Assembly: GCA_964016885.1 (NCBI GenBank)
Contig: OZ024740.1
Location: forward strand, 242,110,001 to 242,174,000
Reading direction: 5' to 3'
Origin: Eledone cirrhosa
Taxonomy: Eukaryota
Length of the DNA: 64,000 bases
This document shows, in pieces, positions 10,939 through 21,742 of the stretch. How positions within the stretch are numbered: the stretch's first letter is position 1; every line of letters begins with the position of its first letter. The notes under the pieces are model-generated. The model made no database searches, was not told the DNA's origin, and saw nothing but the letters and a program-made list of their open reading frames with translations. The position numbers and the translations under genes are program-made.

Positions 10939-13209
10939 GAAGCACTATACTGCAACTGGCAGCAGAATGGGAGTATTCCCAGTTCTGTGAGCAGGAGAGT
11001 GGTGACGCTGATAAGGAAAGACGAGAACAAGAGGGATACATTAGACAACTTCAGGCCCATAACTCTGCTCAACACAGAGTTTAAGATTTTAGCCAAGGTG
11101 TTAACAAAGAGATTGGCGCTTGTCGTCGAGGATTTGGTTGAGGAGGCGCAAACTTGCGCCATCCCAGCCAGGTCCATACACGACAATCTCCACCTCATGC
11201 GATACATCATAGAGAGGGTGGGGTGTAAACCGGGCTTCGGTGGGGCACTGATCAATTTAGATCAATCGAAAGCATTCGATAGGGTCGACCATCGGTATCT
11301 GGAGTTTGTCCTCAAAGCGGCTGGCTTCGGCCCTGTTTTCAGAAGCTGGATCGCTGCAATGCGCAGCGGCATACGCTCGGTGGTCAAGGTTAATGGCCAC
11401 CTCTCGGAACCATTCCGGCTCTCCCGATCGGTCCGTCAAGGGTTCCCTCTCTCTTCCCTTCTGTACTTATTGACTCTCGAGCCTTTACTACGGAAGCTGG
11501 AGCTGTTGCATGGCATCCCGCTCGAACCGGGACGTGGAAAGGCGGTGTCGGCTTATGCGGACGACATCACCGTGATGGTGTCGAACACCTCAGAAATCGA
11601 GGTGGTCGGCAACTTATTGAAGGAAAATGAAAGGTTGACAGGAGCCAAACTTAACCCGGAAAAGTCGGTGGGCTTGCAGCTCGGAACCTGGAGAGGCAAG
11701 CCAATGTCGTCCAACAGCTTCGTGGGGCGCTGGACGGACGGACCGATAAAGTTGCTCGGGGTTTGGTTCGGACCAGACCTCCAGGTGGAAAAGAATTGGG
11801 ACGAGGTAACGAGCAGATTAACCAGTCTCATCCAAAAATGGGCTGGGAGGAAGCTATCACTGAAATGTCGCGCGGAGGTGGCGAATGTGTACATCGCGTC
11901 CGTCATCTACTACCGCCTGACCGTCGTGCCTTGCCCCCATCCGCGCCTCGTCAAGTTGGAACGGCTACTCTTCAAATTCTTGTGGAAAAGACAAGTTCCG
12001 TTGGTGAGGCGGTCCATCTGCTGCCAGCACCCTCTACGCGGAGGGCTGGGTATGCCGTGGCTAGTGATGCGCAGACATGCGTTGAGGCTGCGACATCTCC
12101 AGATATTCTGCCTAAACGGTGAACAGGTGTGGTCGCCGTTTATCAGACGGGCCTTTCCGCAGCTCATTTCTTTGACTGAGCTGCCGTCCTGGGTCAAGAA
12201 GAGACCGAGACGGGGTGACTGGAACCTGGAATGTTGCCAGGCACTCGCTGCCCTCTACCAAGCGGGCAATGCGATCAGTGGAACTTCCACTCTCGAGTTC
12301 TATATAGAGGATTAGTGGTGGGAAAGTGCGATGGCGCACTCGGAGAAGCTTTGGGCCTCGACGAAGTTGAACTGACCAGTCTGTACCGGAGGATTTCGAG
12401 CCGGAGACAATGGACAATTTCCAGAAATCCCTCGCTTGGCAGTGCTACCGGAGGGGGGGGGGGCACTGCTGGTTCGGGATAAACTCTACAGGCACGGAAG
12501 TGCTGTCAGACGGACCTGCGCCAGATGCGCACAGAACGACGAAACCGTTCTACACGCACTTGTCCAATGTCCGTGCATTACTGACTTTTGGAGTTATGTC
12601 GAACAGCTACTGTCGCGTGTGGAACGAATCCGGCTATCAGCTGAGTCCATAGTGAAGATCGACCCGCCGCCTTCTTTAGGTCAGGAAGAGCAGGAAATTT
12701 TCTTCTGTCTGGTGGCAGTTGCAAAAGAGGTTATATGGTGGACGTGATTAAAGGACTGAATACAGACACTTTTCTCTTCGGCCAATCCCTCATCAACTTC
12801 TTCAAGTTTCACCTGCAAAGGAAGGTGTGGGTGGAGAGAGAAGTGCCCCCCCCCCAGTACATTTGCTAAAAGGTGGATGAATGTGGCGAGAATGGCCCGT
12901 GTGAATGGGCCTACTCTGACCATGCGGCTATAGGCTAGCTAACGTGAGGAGAGGGGTTCTCTCCTGGGTGCCCTAGAAGCGCAGGGTGGTTCAGGATTGG
13001 TGGGGCACCTGAGTCACCCCAGGGTCGTCCACCCCTATCGGGGAATTTATTTTGTTATATTTATGCATAGTTTATTTTATATTTTTTATATTTACATTGT
13101 TAAATTAGTCTTGCCATTGTGCACTTTTACTCGACCTTATTGTAAACCCTCACTGTCCCTGTCTTTGTATTGTCCCCTACATATCGGTCCTTGTGGCTAA
13201 TAAATGAAA

Positions 13210-13211
<2 letters not shown>
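10938..13211 (+). mobile_element. Tx1/L1-clade LINE family A, 5'-truncated (RT + C-terminal CCHC), frameshifted near its 3' end
   Basis: NFRPITLLNTEFKILAK, LDQSKAFDRVDH, RQGFPLS, SAYADD, GGLGMP, CARCAQNDETVLHALVQC; ends CCTTGTGGCTAATAAATGAAATC-(ATT)n. Confidence 0.9.
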
Positions 13212-13253
<42 letters not shown>

Positions 13254-13255
<2 letters not shown>

Positions 13256-15076
13256 AGTTGCATTTATCTTGCTTTATGTTCATACGAGTTATCACCAAGT
13301 CACAACCAGTGACCTCAAGAGACAACAAGGTCCGCCATATTCAAGAAAGAACATACATATTCACACATGCATCCTTAGTGTTTAGACTTGTGATGTACTT
13401 ATATTGACAGAATCTTCCTTAGTATATGGGCAGTTCCCATTAGTACTATCTTTTGTATTTCTCCTATACGCGGGTTTCCTGGGATTTGCGATAAGTAGTC
13501 ATTAGACCCCTTAGGTATCATTCCCAGAGCGCCTACAACCACTGGTATTGTTTTAGTTCTCAATTTCCACATTTTTCCAATTTCTATCTCCAGGTCCTTA
13601 TACTTGCTCAATTTTTCAAATGTTTTTATAGATACATTCTTGTCTATTGGAACGGACATATCAATTAGCAGGCATACCCTCTTTTTAAAGTCCTTCAGTA
13701 TTATATCAGCTCTATTTGCATCTATTTTTCGGTCTGTTTGGATGCTAAAGTTCCACAAGATTGAGATGTGATCTTTTTCAAGTATGGGAGGTGGTTGATG
13801 CTCCCACCAATTCTTTTGATGGGGCAGGTCAAAATGCTTACACATTATCCAATGTATGTATTGTGCAGCTCTGTCATGCCTGTTTAGGTATTCGGTTGGA
13901 GCTATAGGACTGCACATTGAAATTATATGGTCAATGGTCTCTGGTTGTTTTTTACATACACGGCATAATGGGCTGCACCCATTTTTTATTATGTTGGCTT
14001 GGTAATTTTTTGTTGGCAGACACTGATCTTGTGCCGATATAATCAGTCCTTCAGTCTCCGATTTCAGTCCAGAGGATGCCAACCACTGATGGGTTAAAGT
14101 TTTGTCAACATCAGGATTGTTAGCTCTTTCTGGGTATTTTCCATACAGAGGCTTTTCTTGACATTTCTTAGCCAGTTTCTGTAGCAGTTTTTTCGTTGCA
14201 GTTACTTTTACCTGCTTTGCTTTTTCTGTGTTTTCCATTTCAGCAGTAAATGGGACTTCTGAAATATGTAGTCCATTACTGTATCTTTGTGCATCTTTTG
14301 TAATGGAATATGATCTTTTGATGCTTTCGTGTTTCAAAACGAGTTTGATTATCTAATCATATGATTCGCTTAGATATGTAGATAATGCAATTGTTGCAGT
14401 TTTCAACGCAATATCTAACTGGATTAACCCACGTCCTCCTTTCATTCCTAGGGAGATATATTCTATCTGTATCTGCCTTAGGGTGATGCATTCTGTGCAT
14501 GGTTAAGAATTTTCGGATTTTTGTATAGCGCCTACGGATCTCTGTGCTTGACCAGTTGATGACATTGTAACTGTAGGTTACTACTGGTATGGCAAGCGTG
14601 TATGGCATCGATTCTATTCCTTGTATTCAATTCCGTTCTTAAGATTGCTCTTACTCTGCGGTAACATTCCTTCCTTATCCTTTCCCTCATTGTCGAGTGC
14701 TTGATTCCGTCTCCTTCACAAACACCTAGATATTTGTAAGTTTTTTCTTGATCAAGTTCTCTTATCACGTACCCCCGATCAAGATTAATGTCTGAACTCT
14801 TCAGCAGCTTTCCTCTGGTGAACATTGCTTTGGCGCGTTTATCTAGTCCAAACTCCATTTTAATGTCATCACTGAACTGCTCCACAGTGGATAATAGCCC
14901 TTGCAATTGTTCATCCTTTTCTGCAAATAGTTTCAGGTCATCCATGTAGAACAGGTGATTAATGGTTTTGTCATAGACTTTATATCCATGTTTTGTTTCA
15001 TTGAGTATTTTACATAATGGTATAAGTGCGATGCAGAATAAAAGCGGTGATAAAGAGTCACCCTGAAAAATTCCAC
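13254..15076 (-). mobile_element. Dong/R4-clade RLE retrotransposon family B, 5'-truncated, frameshifted
   Basis: GIFQGDSLSPLLF, HLFYMDDLKL, CRVCKKQPETIDHIISMC, RHD, NRADII..LIDMSVP..KLSKY, PVVVGALG; (TAA)n tail. Confidence 0.9.
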
Positions 15077-15259
15077 GGTGAATCCATTTCGATGTCACGA
15101 GATAATTTTTTTTTGTTTGTTTCTGTTGTCGCTGTGGTGGTGGTGGGGGTGGCGGCTTCAACACCTGCAGTCATTGGTAATGGCGGGAAATGAATGTCTG
15201 CATGAGTCAAATTTAAATTAATGCTACTGCTTATATTTGTAGTGTTGGCAAACGTAGTA
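15077..15259 (-). mobile_element. Tx1-B ORF1 segment fused to the 5' end of Dong-B
   Basis: Reverse complement of ~21823-22013 (TTFANT..HADIHFPPLPMTAGVEAATPTTTT). Confidence 0.85.
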
Positions 15260-15282
15260 TTATTATTATTATTATTATTATT

Positions 15283-15597
15283 TGTTGAAAGATGGGTGAG
15301 AGAAGCAAGAATGGCCCGAGTGAATTGGCCTACTCTGAGTATGTGTCTGTAAATTAAAGGTGGAAAACTGCGAGAGGGCACTTGCCCTGGTGGTCAGAGT
15401 CACTGTGGCCTTTTAATGGGCTTTCTCCACAAATGTCCCTCCGAAGTCTCCCCCCTATTGGGGAATTTTTCATTGTTATTTTTATTACAACCTCTGTTTT
15501 TGTTTTTTACACGCAGAGATGCCCATTTGTACCGTCCTGTATTGTCCTGTACTATCCTCAATGTCTACTTTATGTAAACCCTTGTGGTTAATAAAGA

Positions 15598-15600
<3 letters not shown>
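15283..15600 (+). mobile_element. Tx1-like LINE family B, 3'-end fragment
   Basis: Matches 27056-27357; ends CCCTTGTGGTTAATAAAGAAAG-(TAT)n. Confidence 0.88.
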
Positions 15601-15625
<25 letters not shown>

Positions 15626-15628
<3 letters not shown>

Positions 15629-15736
15629 CAAATCCCGCCGAGGTTGACTTTGCCTTTCATCCTTACGGGGTCGATAAAATAAAGTACCAGTAATGCACTG
15701 GGTAATTGCTGGCCTTGTGCCTAAAGTAGAAACAAT
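15626..15736 (+). mobile_element. tRNA-derived SINE, 5'-truncated, in (ATT)n
   Basis: TTCAAATCCCGCCGAGGTTGACTTTGCCTTTCATCC...GCTGGCCTTGTGCCTAAAGTAGAAAC; matches 27431-27617. Confidence 0.88.
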
Positions 15737-15773
15737 TATTATTATTATTATTATTATTATTGTTATTGTTATT

Positions 15774-18533
15774 CCTTGAATCTCAGTCATTGATGTTGGT
15801 TAACTGGAAAGTCCGTTGGATTGAATATCAAGCCACTACCTGCAGCCTCAGATATTCAGGACGTATCGGAGGGTTCTTGCCGTTCCAAGCAAGCATGCCT
15901 TTTGAAGCGTTCCAAAAAGCGTGAAGGGGCCGATTTTCTTTAACCATCCCTGGAAACCTTTGGAGATAGTCCCCAGTGCGCCTATGACAATCGGGATCAC
16001 TTTGACTTCATGGCAGTTCCAAATCCTTTTCACCTCCCACTTTAGGTCCTGGTATCGGTTAATTTTCTCCCTCTCCTTCTCTTGCACTCTCGTGTCGAAC
16101 GGGCAGGCCACATCCACAATCAGGCACGATCTTTTTTCTTTGTCCACAACCACCAGGTCAGGTCTATTGTGTTCCAGTTTTTTGTCCGTCTGTATCCTAA
16201 AATCCCACAGCACCTTCACCTGACTGTTCTCCATCACCGCCTCTGGCCTATGCTCATACCATTTCTCAGAATGTGGTAGATTGTTTACTTTGCACAGGTG
16301 GCAGTGGATCACCCTGCCCATCACATCGTGTCTCCAGCCCTTATAGTGGGTCTGGGCTAGGTGTTTACACTCGGACACAATGTGAGCCACAGTCTCCTCT
16401 CTCTCTCCACAGATCCTGCACAGTGGGCTAGCCTCCTCCTTGTAGATATGGTGCTTCAACCACTTCGTTTTGAGGGCCTGCTCCTGCGCAGCCATTAGCA
16501 TTCCTTCTGTAGCCTTTTTGAGGTCTCCTCTTCTCAACCAGTTCCATGTCTGTGGATCTCTAAATTCAGTTTTCTCAAAGAAGGTACTATGAAGGGATTT
16601 TCCCTTAAGGCTGCTCTTCCTCCTTGATGTTATTTCCTCCTTGGGTATCCCCTGGCCTACTGTCCCCTCCTTCAGTACAGCTCTGAGCATTGGCTCCTTA
16701 CTATAGGTCACGTATTTGTATAGGTTGTTTTTCTCCATCTGAACACAGTCCTCTATGCTGATAAGACCTCTTCCACCCTCAGATCTCCTTAGGTAGAGTC
16801 TATCGACATCACTCCTCTTGTGGAACATGTTGTAGATAGTCAATAGCTTCCTAGTCTTCCTATCCATTTCTTTTTGTTCAGCAACATTCCATCTCAGAAT
16901 TCCCGCACTGTACCTAATAATAGACACAGCTCGGGAATTTACTGCGCTTATGGCATTTCTGCTGTTCAGATGTGACTTCAATACGCTCCTTACTCTCCGA
17001 ATGTATTCAGTTCTTAACAATTCCTTCATTTTTTTGTTCTTTATGCCATCAGCCTCCAGAACGCCCAAATACTTGTATCCTTCCTCAGAGTCAATTTCCT
17101 TTATCATCTCACCTGTTGGTATCTGGATCCCGTTACTTCTGCTCAACCTACCCCTCCTCATCACAATGACTCCACATTTACCAATACCAAACTGCATACA
17201 TATATCACTGCTGAAAATACGGACAGTGTCAACAAGCACATCCAACTCCTTCTCACTTTTCCCGAAGAGCTTAAGATCGTCCATGAAGAGGAGGTGATTG
17301 ATGGTAAGCTCTCCCCTTCCCAACTTGTATCCTGCTCTCACTTTTCGCAGCATAATGGTCAAGGGCATCAGGGCAAGGACAAACAACAGAGGGGACAGGC
17401 TATCTCCCTGGAAGATACCTCTCTTGATCTTCACGCTTCCCAAGGATACTCCAGTTGATGTCAACTCTGTCTCCCAGGACCCCATACTCCTGCCCAGCAA
17501 CTGTCTGATGTTATCTGCCACCCTGAAGATCTCCAGGCTTTTGGTGATCCAGGAATGAGGCACCATGTCAAATGCCTTTCTGTAGTCTATCCATCCCATG
17601 GCAAGATCAGTGTGTCTCCTCCTGCAATTCCCCATTACCATCTTATCAATAAGCAACTGGTCCTTTGTACCACGTGACTTCTTTCGGCATCCTTTCTGTT
17701 CGTCCGGCAACAAGTTGTTTGTGTGGAGGTGATGGTAGATTTCCTCAGACACAATGCTCGTCAACAGTTTCCACATTACGGGCAGACATGTGATAGGTCT
17801 ATAGTTGGTAACATCATTACCCTTGATTCGGTCTTTCATTATCAGAACTGTGGTACCTTTTGTCAACCACTCTGGCACCTCACCCGACACCAAGCAGTCA
17901 TTGAACATGGCCGTCAGCTTCGGGTGGAGGGATGTTAAATGTTTAATCCAATACCCCTGCACACCATCTGGGCCTGGTGATTTCCAGTTGGTTAGTTTTT
18001 TGGCTTGCCCCTTAAGAGTTTCAACTGTGATACTCAAATCAGTCTGTTGCTGTGCCTGCTCACCGATCTCCCTCTGTACTGTCTCAATCCACCCTGCCTG
18101 GGCATTGTGTCTAACATCCTGCTCCCATATTCCTCTCCAGAATGTTTTAGCTTGTTCCGCCCCAGGGATCAAGTCGTTGCCTCTTTCTTTCCCCTCAAGC
18201 TGTCCAAACAGCATCTTCTGGTTGTTGTCGAACATGCGGTTCTGTTTATACTGACTGACTCTGTTCTCGTATCGCCTGATTTTGGCACTCTTTGCTACAA
18301 TGCGTTGCTTCAATTCCTCTATGATAATATTTAGCTTTTTACTCCTAGTTTTGTATTTTATTTCCAGTCTATTTTTAGTGCCTATGTTTTTTAGTGTCCC
18401 ATTCAGTAGTGACTCAAGCTTTCCTATGTCATTTCTCATTTCCCCGATTTGCCCACTCAGTCGCTTCTTCCACCACGGCTCTGCTCTTTCTTGTCTGTTG
18501 TTTCCTCTCGCTTTTATACCAAAGCGAGAGGTA
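15774..18533 (-). mobile_element. Dong/R4-clade RLE retrotransposon family A, copy 1 (5'-truncated, ORF uninterrupted)
   Basis: Bounded by ATT tracts; ~75-nt 3' UTR ending AATAACAATAAC(AAT)n. Confidence 0.93.
15848..18439 (-). CDS. RT + CCHC zinc knuckle + restriction-like endonuclease polyprotein (N-terminally truncated; frame stays open to ~18530)
   Basis: SPGPDG, NYRPITCL, WIDYRKAFDMVPH, GIFQGDSLSPLLF, FMDDLK, GGRGL, CRICGEREETVAHIVSEC, RHD, RPDLVVVD..IVDVACP..KINRY. Confidence 0.9.
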   Translation of the reverse strand: MRNDIGKLESLLNGTLKNIGTKNRLEIKYKTRSKKLNIIIEELKQRIVAKSAKIRRYENRVSQYKQNRMFDNNQKMLFGQLEGKERGNDLIPGAEQAKTFWRGIWEQDVRHNAQAGWIETVQREIGEQAQQQTDLSITVETLKGQAKKLTNWKSPGPDGVQGYWIKHLTSLHPKLTAMFNDCLVSGEVPEWLTKGTTVLIMKDRIKGNDVTNYRPITCLPVMWKLLTSIVSEEIYHHLHTNNLLPDEQKGCRKKSRGTKDQLLIDKMVMGNCRRRHTDLAMGWIDYRKAFDMVPHSWITKSLEIFRVADNIRQLLGRSMGSWETELTSTGVSLGSVKIKRGIFQGDSLSPLLFVLALMPLTIMLRKVRAGYKLGRGELTINHLLFMDDLKLFGKSEKELDVLVDTVRIFSSDICMQFGIGKCGVIVMRRGRLSRSNGIQIPTGEMIKEIDSEEGYKYLGVLEADGIKNKKMKELLRTEYIRRVRSVLKSHLNSRNAISAVNSRAVSIIRYSAGILRWNVAEQKEMDRKTRKLLTIYNMFHKRSDVDRLYLRRSEGGRGLISIEDCVQMEKNNLYKYVTYSKEPMLRAVLKEGTVGQGIPKEEITSRRKSSLKGKSLHSTFFEKTEFRDPQTWNWLRRGDLKKATEGMLMAAQEQALKTKWLKHHIYKEEASPLCRICGEREETVAHIVSECKHLAQTHYKGWRHDVMGRVIHCHLCKVNNLPHSEKWYEHRPEAVMENSQVKVLWDFRIQTDKKLEHNRPDLVVVDKEKRSCLIVDVACPFDTRVQEKEREKINRYQDLKWEVKRIWNCHEVKVIPIVIGALGTISKGFQGWLKKIGPFTLFGTLQKACLLGTARTLRYVLNI

Positions 18534-18563
18534 TATTATTATTATTATTATTGTTATTGTTAT

Positions 18564-21037
18564 TCCTTGAATCTCAGTCATTGATGTTGGTTAACTGGAA
18601 AGTCCGTTGGATTGAATATGAAGCCACTACCTGCAGCCTCAGATATTCAGGACGTATCGGAGGGTTCTTGCCGTTCCAAGCAAGCATGCCTTTTGAAGCG
18701 TTCCAAAAAGCGTGAAGGGGCCGATTTTCTTTAACCATCCCTGGAAACCTTTGGAGATAGTCCCCAGTGCGCCTATGACAATCGGGATCACTTTGACTTC
18801 ATGGCAGTTCCAAATCCTTTTCACCTCCCACTTTAGGTCCTGGTATCGGTTAATTTTCTCCCTCTCCTTCTCTTGCACTCTCGTGTCGAACGGGCAGGCC
18901 ACATCCACAATCAGGCACGATCTTTTTTCTTTGTCCACAACCACCAGGTCAGGTCTATTGTGTTCCAGTTTTTTGTCCGTCTGTATCCTAAAATCCCACA
19001 GCACCTTCACCTGACTGTTCTCCATCACCGCTTCTGGCCTATGCTCATACCATTTCTCAGAATGTGGTAGATTGTTTACTTTGCACAGGTGCCAGTGGAT
19101 CACCCTGCCCATCACATCGTGTCTCCAGCCCTTATAGTGGGTCTGGGCTAGGTGTTTACACTCGGACACAATGTGAGCCACAGTCTCCTCTCTCTCTCTC
19201 CACAGATCCTGCACAGTGGGCTAGCCTCCTCCTTGTAGATATGGTGCTTCAACCACTTCGTTTTGAGGGCCTGCTCCTGCGCAGCCATTAGCATTCCTTC
19301 TGTAGCCTTTTTGAGGTCTCCTCTTCTCAACCAGTTCCATGTCTGTGGATCTCTAAATTCAGTTTTCTCAAAGAAGGTACTATGAAGGGATTTTCCCTTA
19401 AGGCTGCTCTTCCTCCTTGATGTTATTTCCTCCTTGGGTATCCCCTGGCCTACTGTCCCCTCCTTCAGTACAGCTCTGAGCATTGGCTCCTTACTATAGG
19501 TCACGTATTTGTATAGGTTGTTTTTCTCCATCTGAACACAGTCCTCTATGCTGATAAGACCTCTTCCACCCTCAGATCTCCTTAGGTAGAGTCTATCGAC
19601 ATCACTCCTCTTGTGGAACATGTTGTAGATAGTCAATAGCTTCCTAGTCTTCCTATCCATTTCTTTTTGTTCAGCAACATTCCATCTCAGAATTCCCGCA
19701 CTGTACCTAATAATAGACACAGCTCGGGAATTTACTGCGCTTATGGCATTTCTGCTGTTCAGATGTGACTTCAATACGCTCCTTACTCTCCGAATGTATT
19801 CAGTTCTTAACAATTCCTTCATTTTTTTGTTCTTTATGCCATCAGCCTCCAGAACGCCCAAATACTTGTATCCTTCCTCAGAGTCAATTTCCTTTATCAT
19901 CTCACCTGTTGGTATCTGGATCCCGTTACTTCTGCTCAACCTACCCCTCCTCATCACAATGACTCCACATTTACCAATACCAAACTGCATACATATATCA
20001 CTGCTGAAAATACGGACAGTGTCAACAAGCACATCCAACTCCTTCTCACTTTTCCCGAAGAGCTTAAGATCGTCCATGAAGAGGAGGTGATTGATGGTAA
20101 GCTCTCCCCTTCCCAACTTGTATCCTGCTCTCACTTTTCGCAGCATAATGGTCAAGGGCATCAGGGCAAGGACAAACAACAGAGGGGACAGGCTATCTCC
20201 CTGGAAGATACCTCTCTTGATCTTCACGCTTCCCAAGGATACTCCAGTTGATGTCAACTCTGTCTCCCAGGACCCCATACTCCTGCCCAGCAACTGTCTG
20301 ATGTTATCTGCCACCCTGAAGATCTCCAGGCTTTTGGTGATCCAGGAATGAGGCACCATGTCAAATGCCTTTCTGTAGTCTATCCATCCCATGGCAAGAT
20401 CAGTGTGTCTCCTCCTGCAATTCCCCATTACCATCTTATCAATAAGCAACTGGTCCTTTGTACCACGTGACTTCTTTCGGCATCCTTTCTGTTCGTCCGG
20501 CAACAAGTTGTTTGTGTGGAGGTGATGGTAGATTTCCTCAGACACAATGCTCGTCAACAGTTTCCACATTACGGGCAGACATGTGATAGGTCTATAGTTG
20601 GTAACATCATTACCCTTGATTCGGTCTTTCATTATCAGAACTGTGGTACCTTTTGTCAACCACTCTGGCACCTCACCCGACACCAAGCAGTCATTGAACA
20701 TGGCCGTCAGCTTCGGGTGGAGGGATGTTAAATGTTTAATCCAATACCCCTGCACACCATCTGGGCCTGGTGATTTCCAGTTGGTTAGTTTTTTGGCTTG
20801 CCCCTTAAGAGTTTCAACTGTGATACTCAAATCAGTCTGTTGCTGTGCCTGCTCACCGATCTCCCTCTGTACTGTCTCAATCCACCCTGCCTGGGCATTG
20901 TGTCTAACATCCTGCTCCCATATTCCTCTCCAGAATGTTTTAGCTTGTTCCGCCCCAGGGATCAAGTCGTTGCCTCTTTCTTTCCCCTCAAGCTGTCCAA
21001 ACAGCATCTTCTGGTTGTTGTCGAACATGCGGTTCTG
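18564..21037 (-). mobile_element. Dong-A copy 2 (5'-truncated; 2-bp CT insertion frameshift at ~19190)
   Basis: Near-identical to copy 1; ORFs 19148-21103 and 18639-19214. Confidence 0.93.
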
Positions 21038-21148
21038 GGTTGTTGTCGAACATGCGGTTCTGGGTTGTTGTCGAACATGCGGTTCTGGGTTGTTGTCGAA
21101 CATGCGGTTCTGGGTTGTTGTCGAACATGCGGTTCTGGGTTGTTGTCG

Positions 21149-21149
<1 letters not shown>
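21013..21149. repeat. 25-bp tandem repeat (5 full units + 12 bp) at the 5' junction of Dong-A copy 2
   Basis: GGTTGTTGTCGAACATGCGGTTCTG; present once in copy 1 (18220-18244). Confidence 0.95.
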
Positions 21150-21207
<58 letters not shown>

Positions 21208-21208
<1 letters not shown>

Positions 21209-21567
21209 TGAGTCTCAGTCACTGATGTTAGTTAACTGGAAAGTTTGTTGAAATGAATATCAAGCCACTACCTGCAGCCTCAGATATTTAGGACGTATCG
21301 GAGGGTTCTTGCTGTTCCCAGCAAGCATGCCTTTTGAAGCGTTCCAAAAAGCGTGAAGGGGCCAATTTTCTTTAACCATCCCTGGAAACTTTTTGAGATA
21401 GTACCTAGTGCGCCTATGACAATCGGGACCACTTTGACTTCTGGCAGTTCCAAATCCTTTTTACCTCCCACTTTAATTCCTGGTATCGGTTAATTTTCTC
21501 CCTCTCCTTCTCTTGCACTCTCGTGTCGAATGGGCAGGCTACATCCACAATCAGGCACGATCTTTTT
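21208..21567 (-). mobile_element. Dong-A copy 3, short and more diverged 3' fragment
   Basis: VVPIVIGALG..LQKACLLGTARTLRYVLNI plus 3' UTR; (TAA)n tail. Confidence 0.88.
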
Positions 21568-21742
21568 TAAATCGTATCATCGGGAGCTCCGCAAAGGTTT
21601 GTTGTTTTCAGTTGTTTCAAATTGCCATTTATGGAAAATGTTTGTTGTTAAGTGTTTATAAGGTCACATAATTTGCTTTCGGGCCTTGAGCCCAAAATTT
21701 ATACTTTTATAATTATCAAACAAAAATTAGTTTGAAAAAAAC

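Noticed and set aside
21013-21149. CRISPR-like repeat array
   Set aside because: No spacers; the unit is retrotransposon ORF sequence; eukaryotic context
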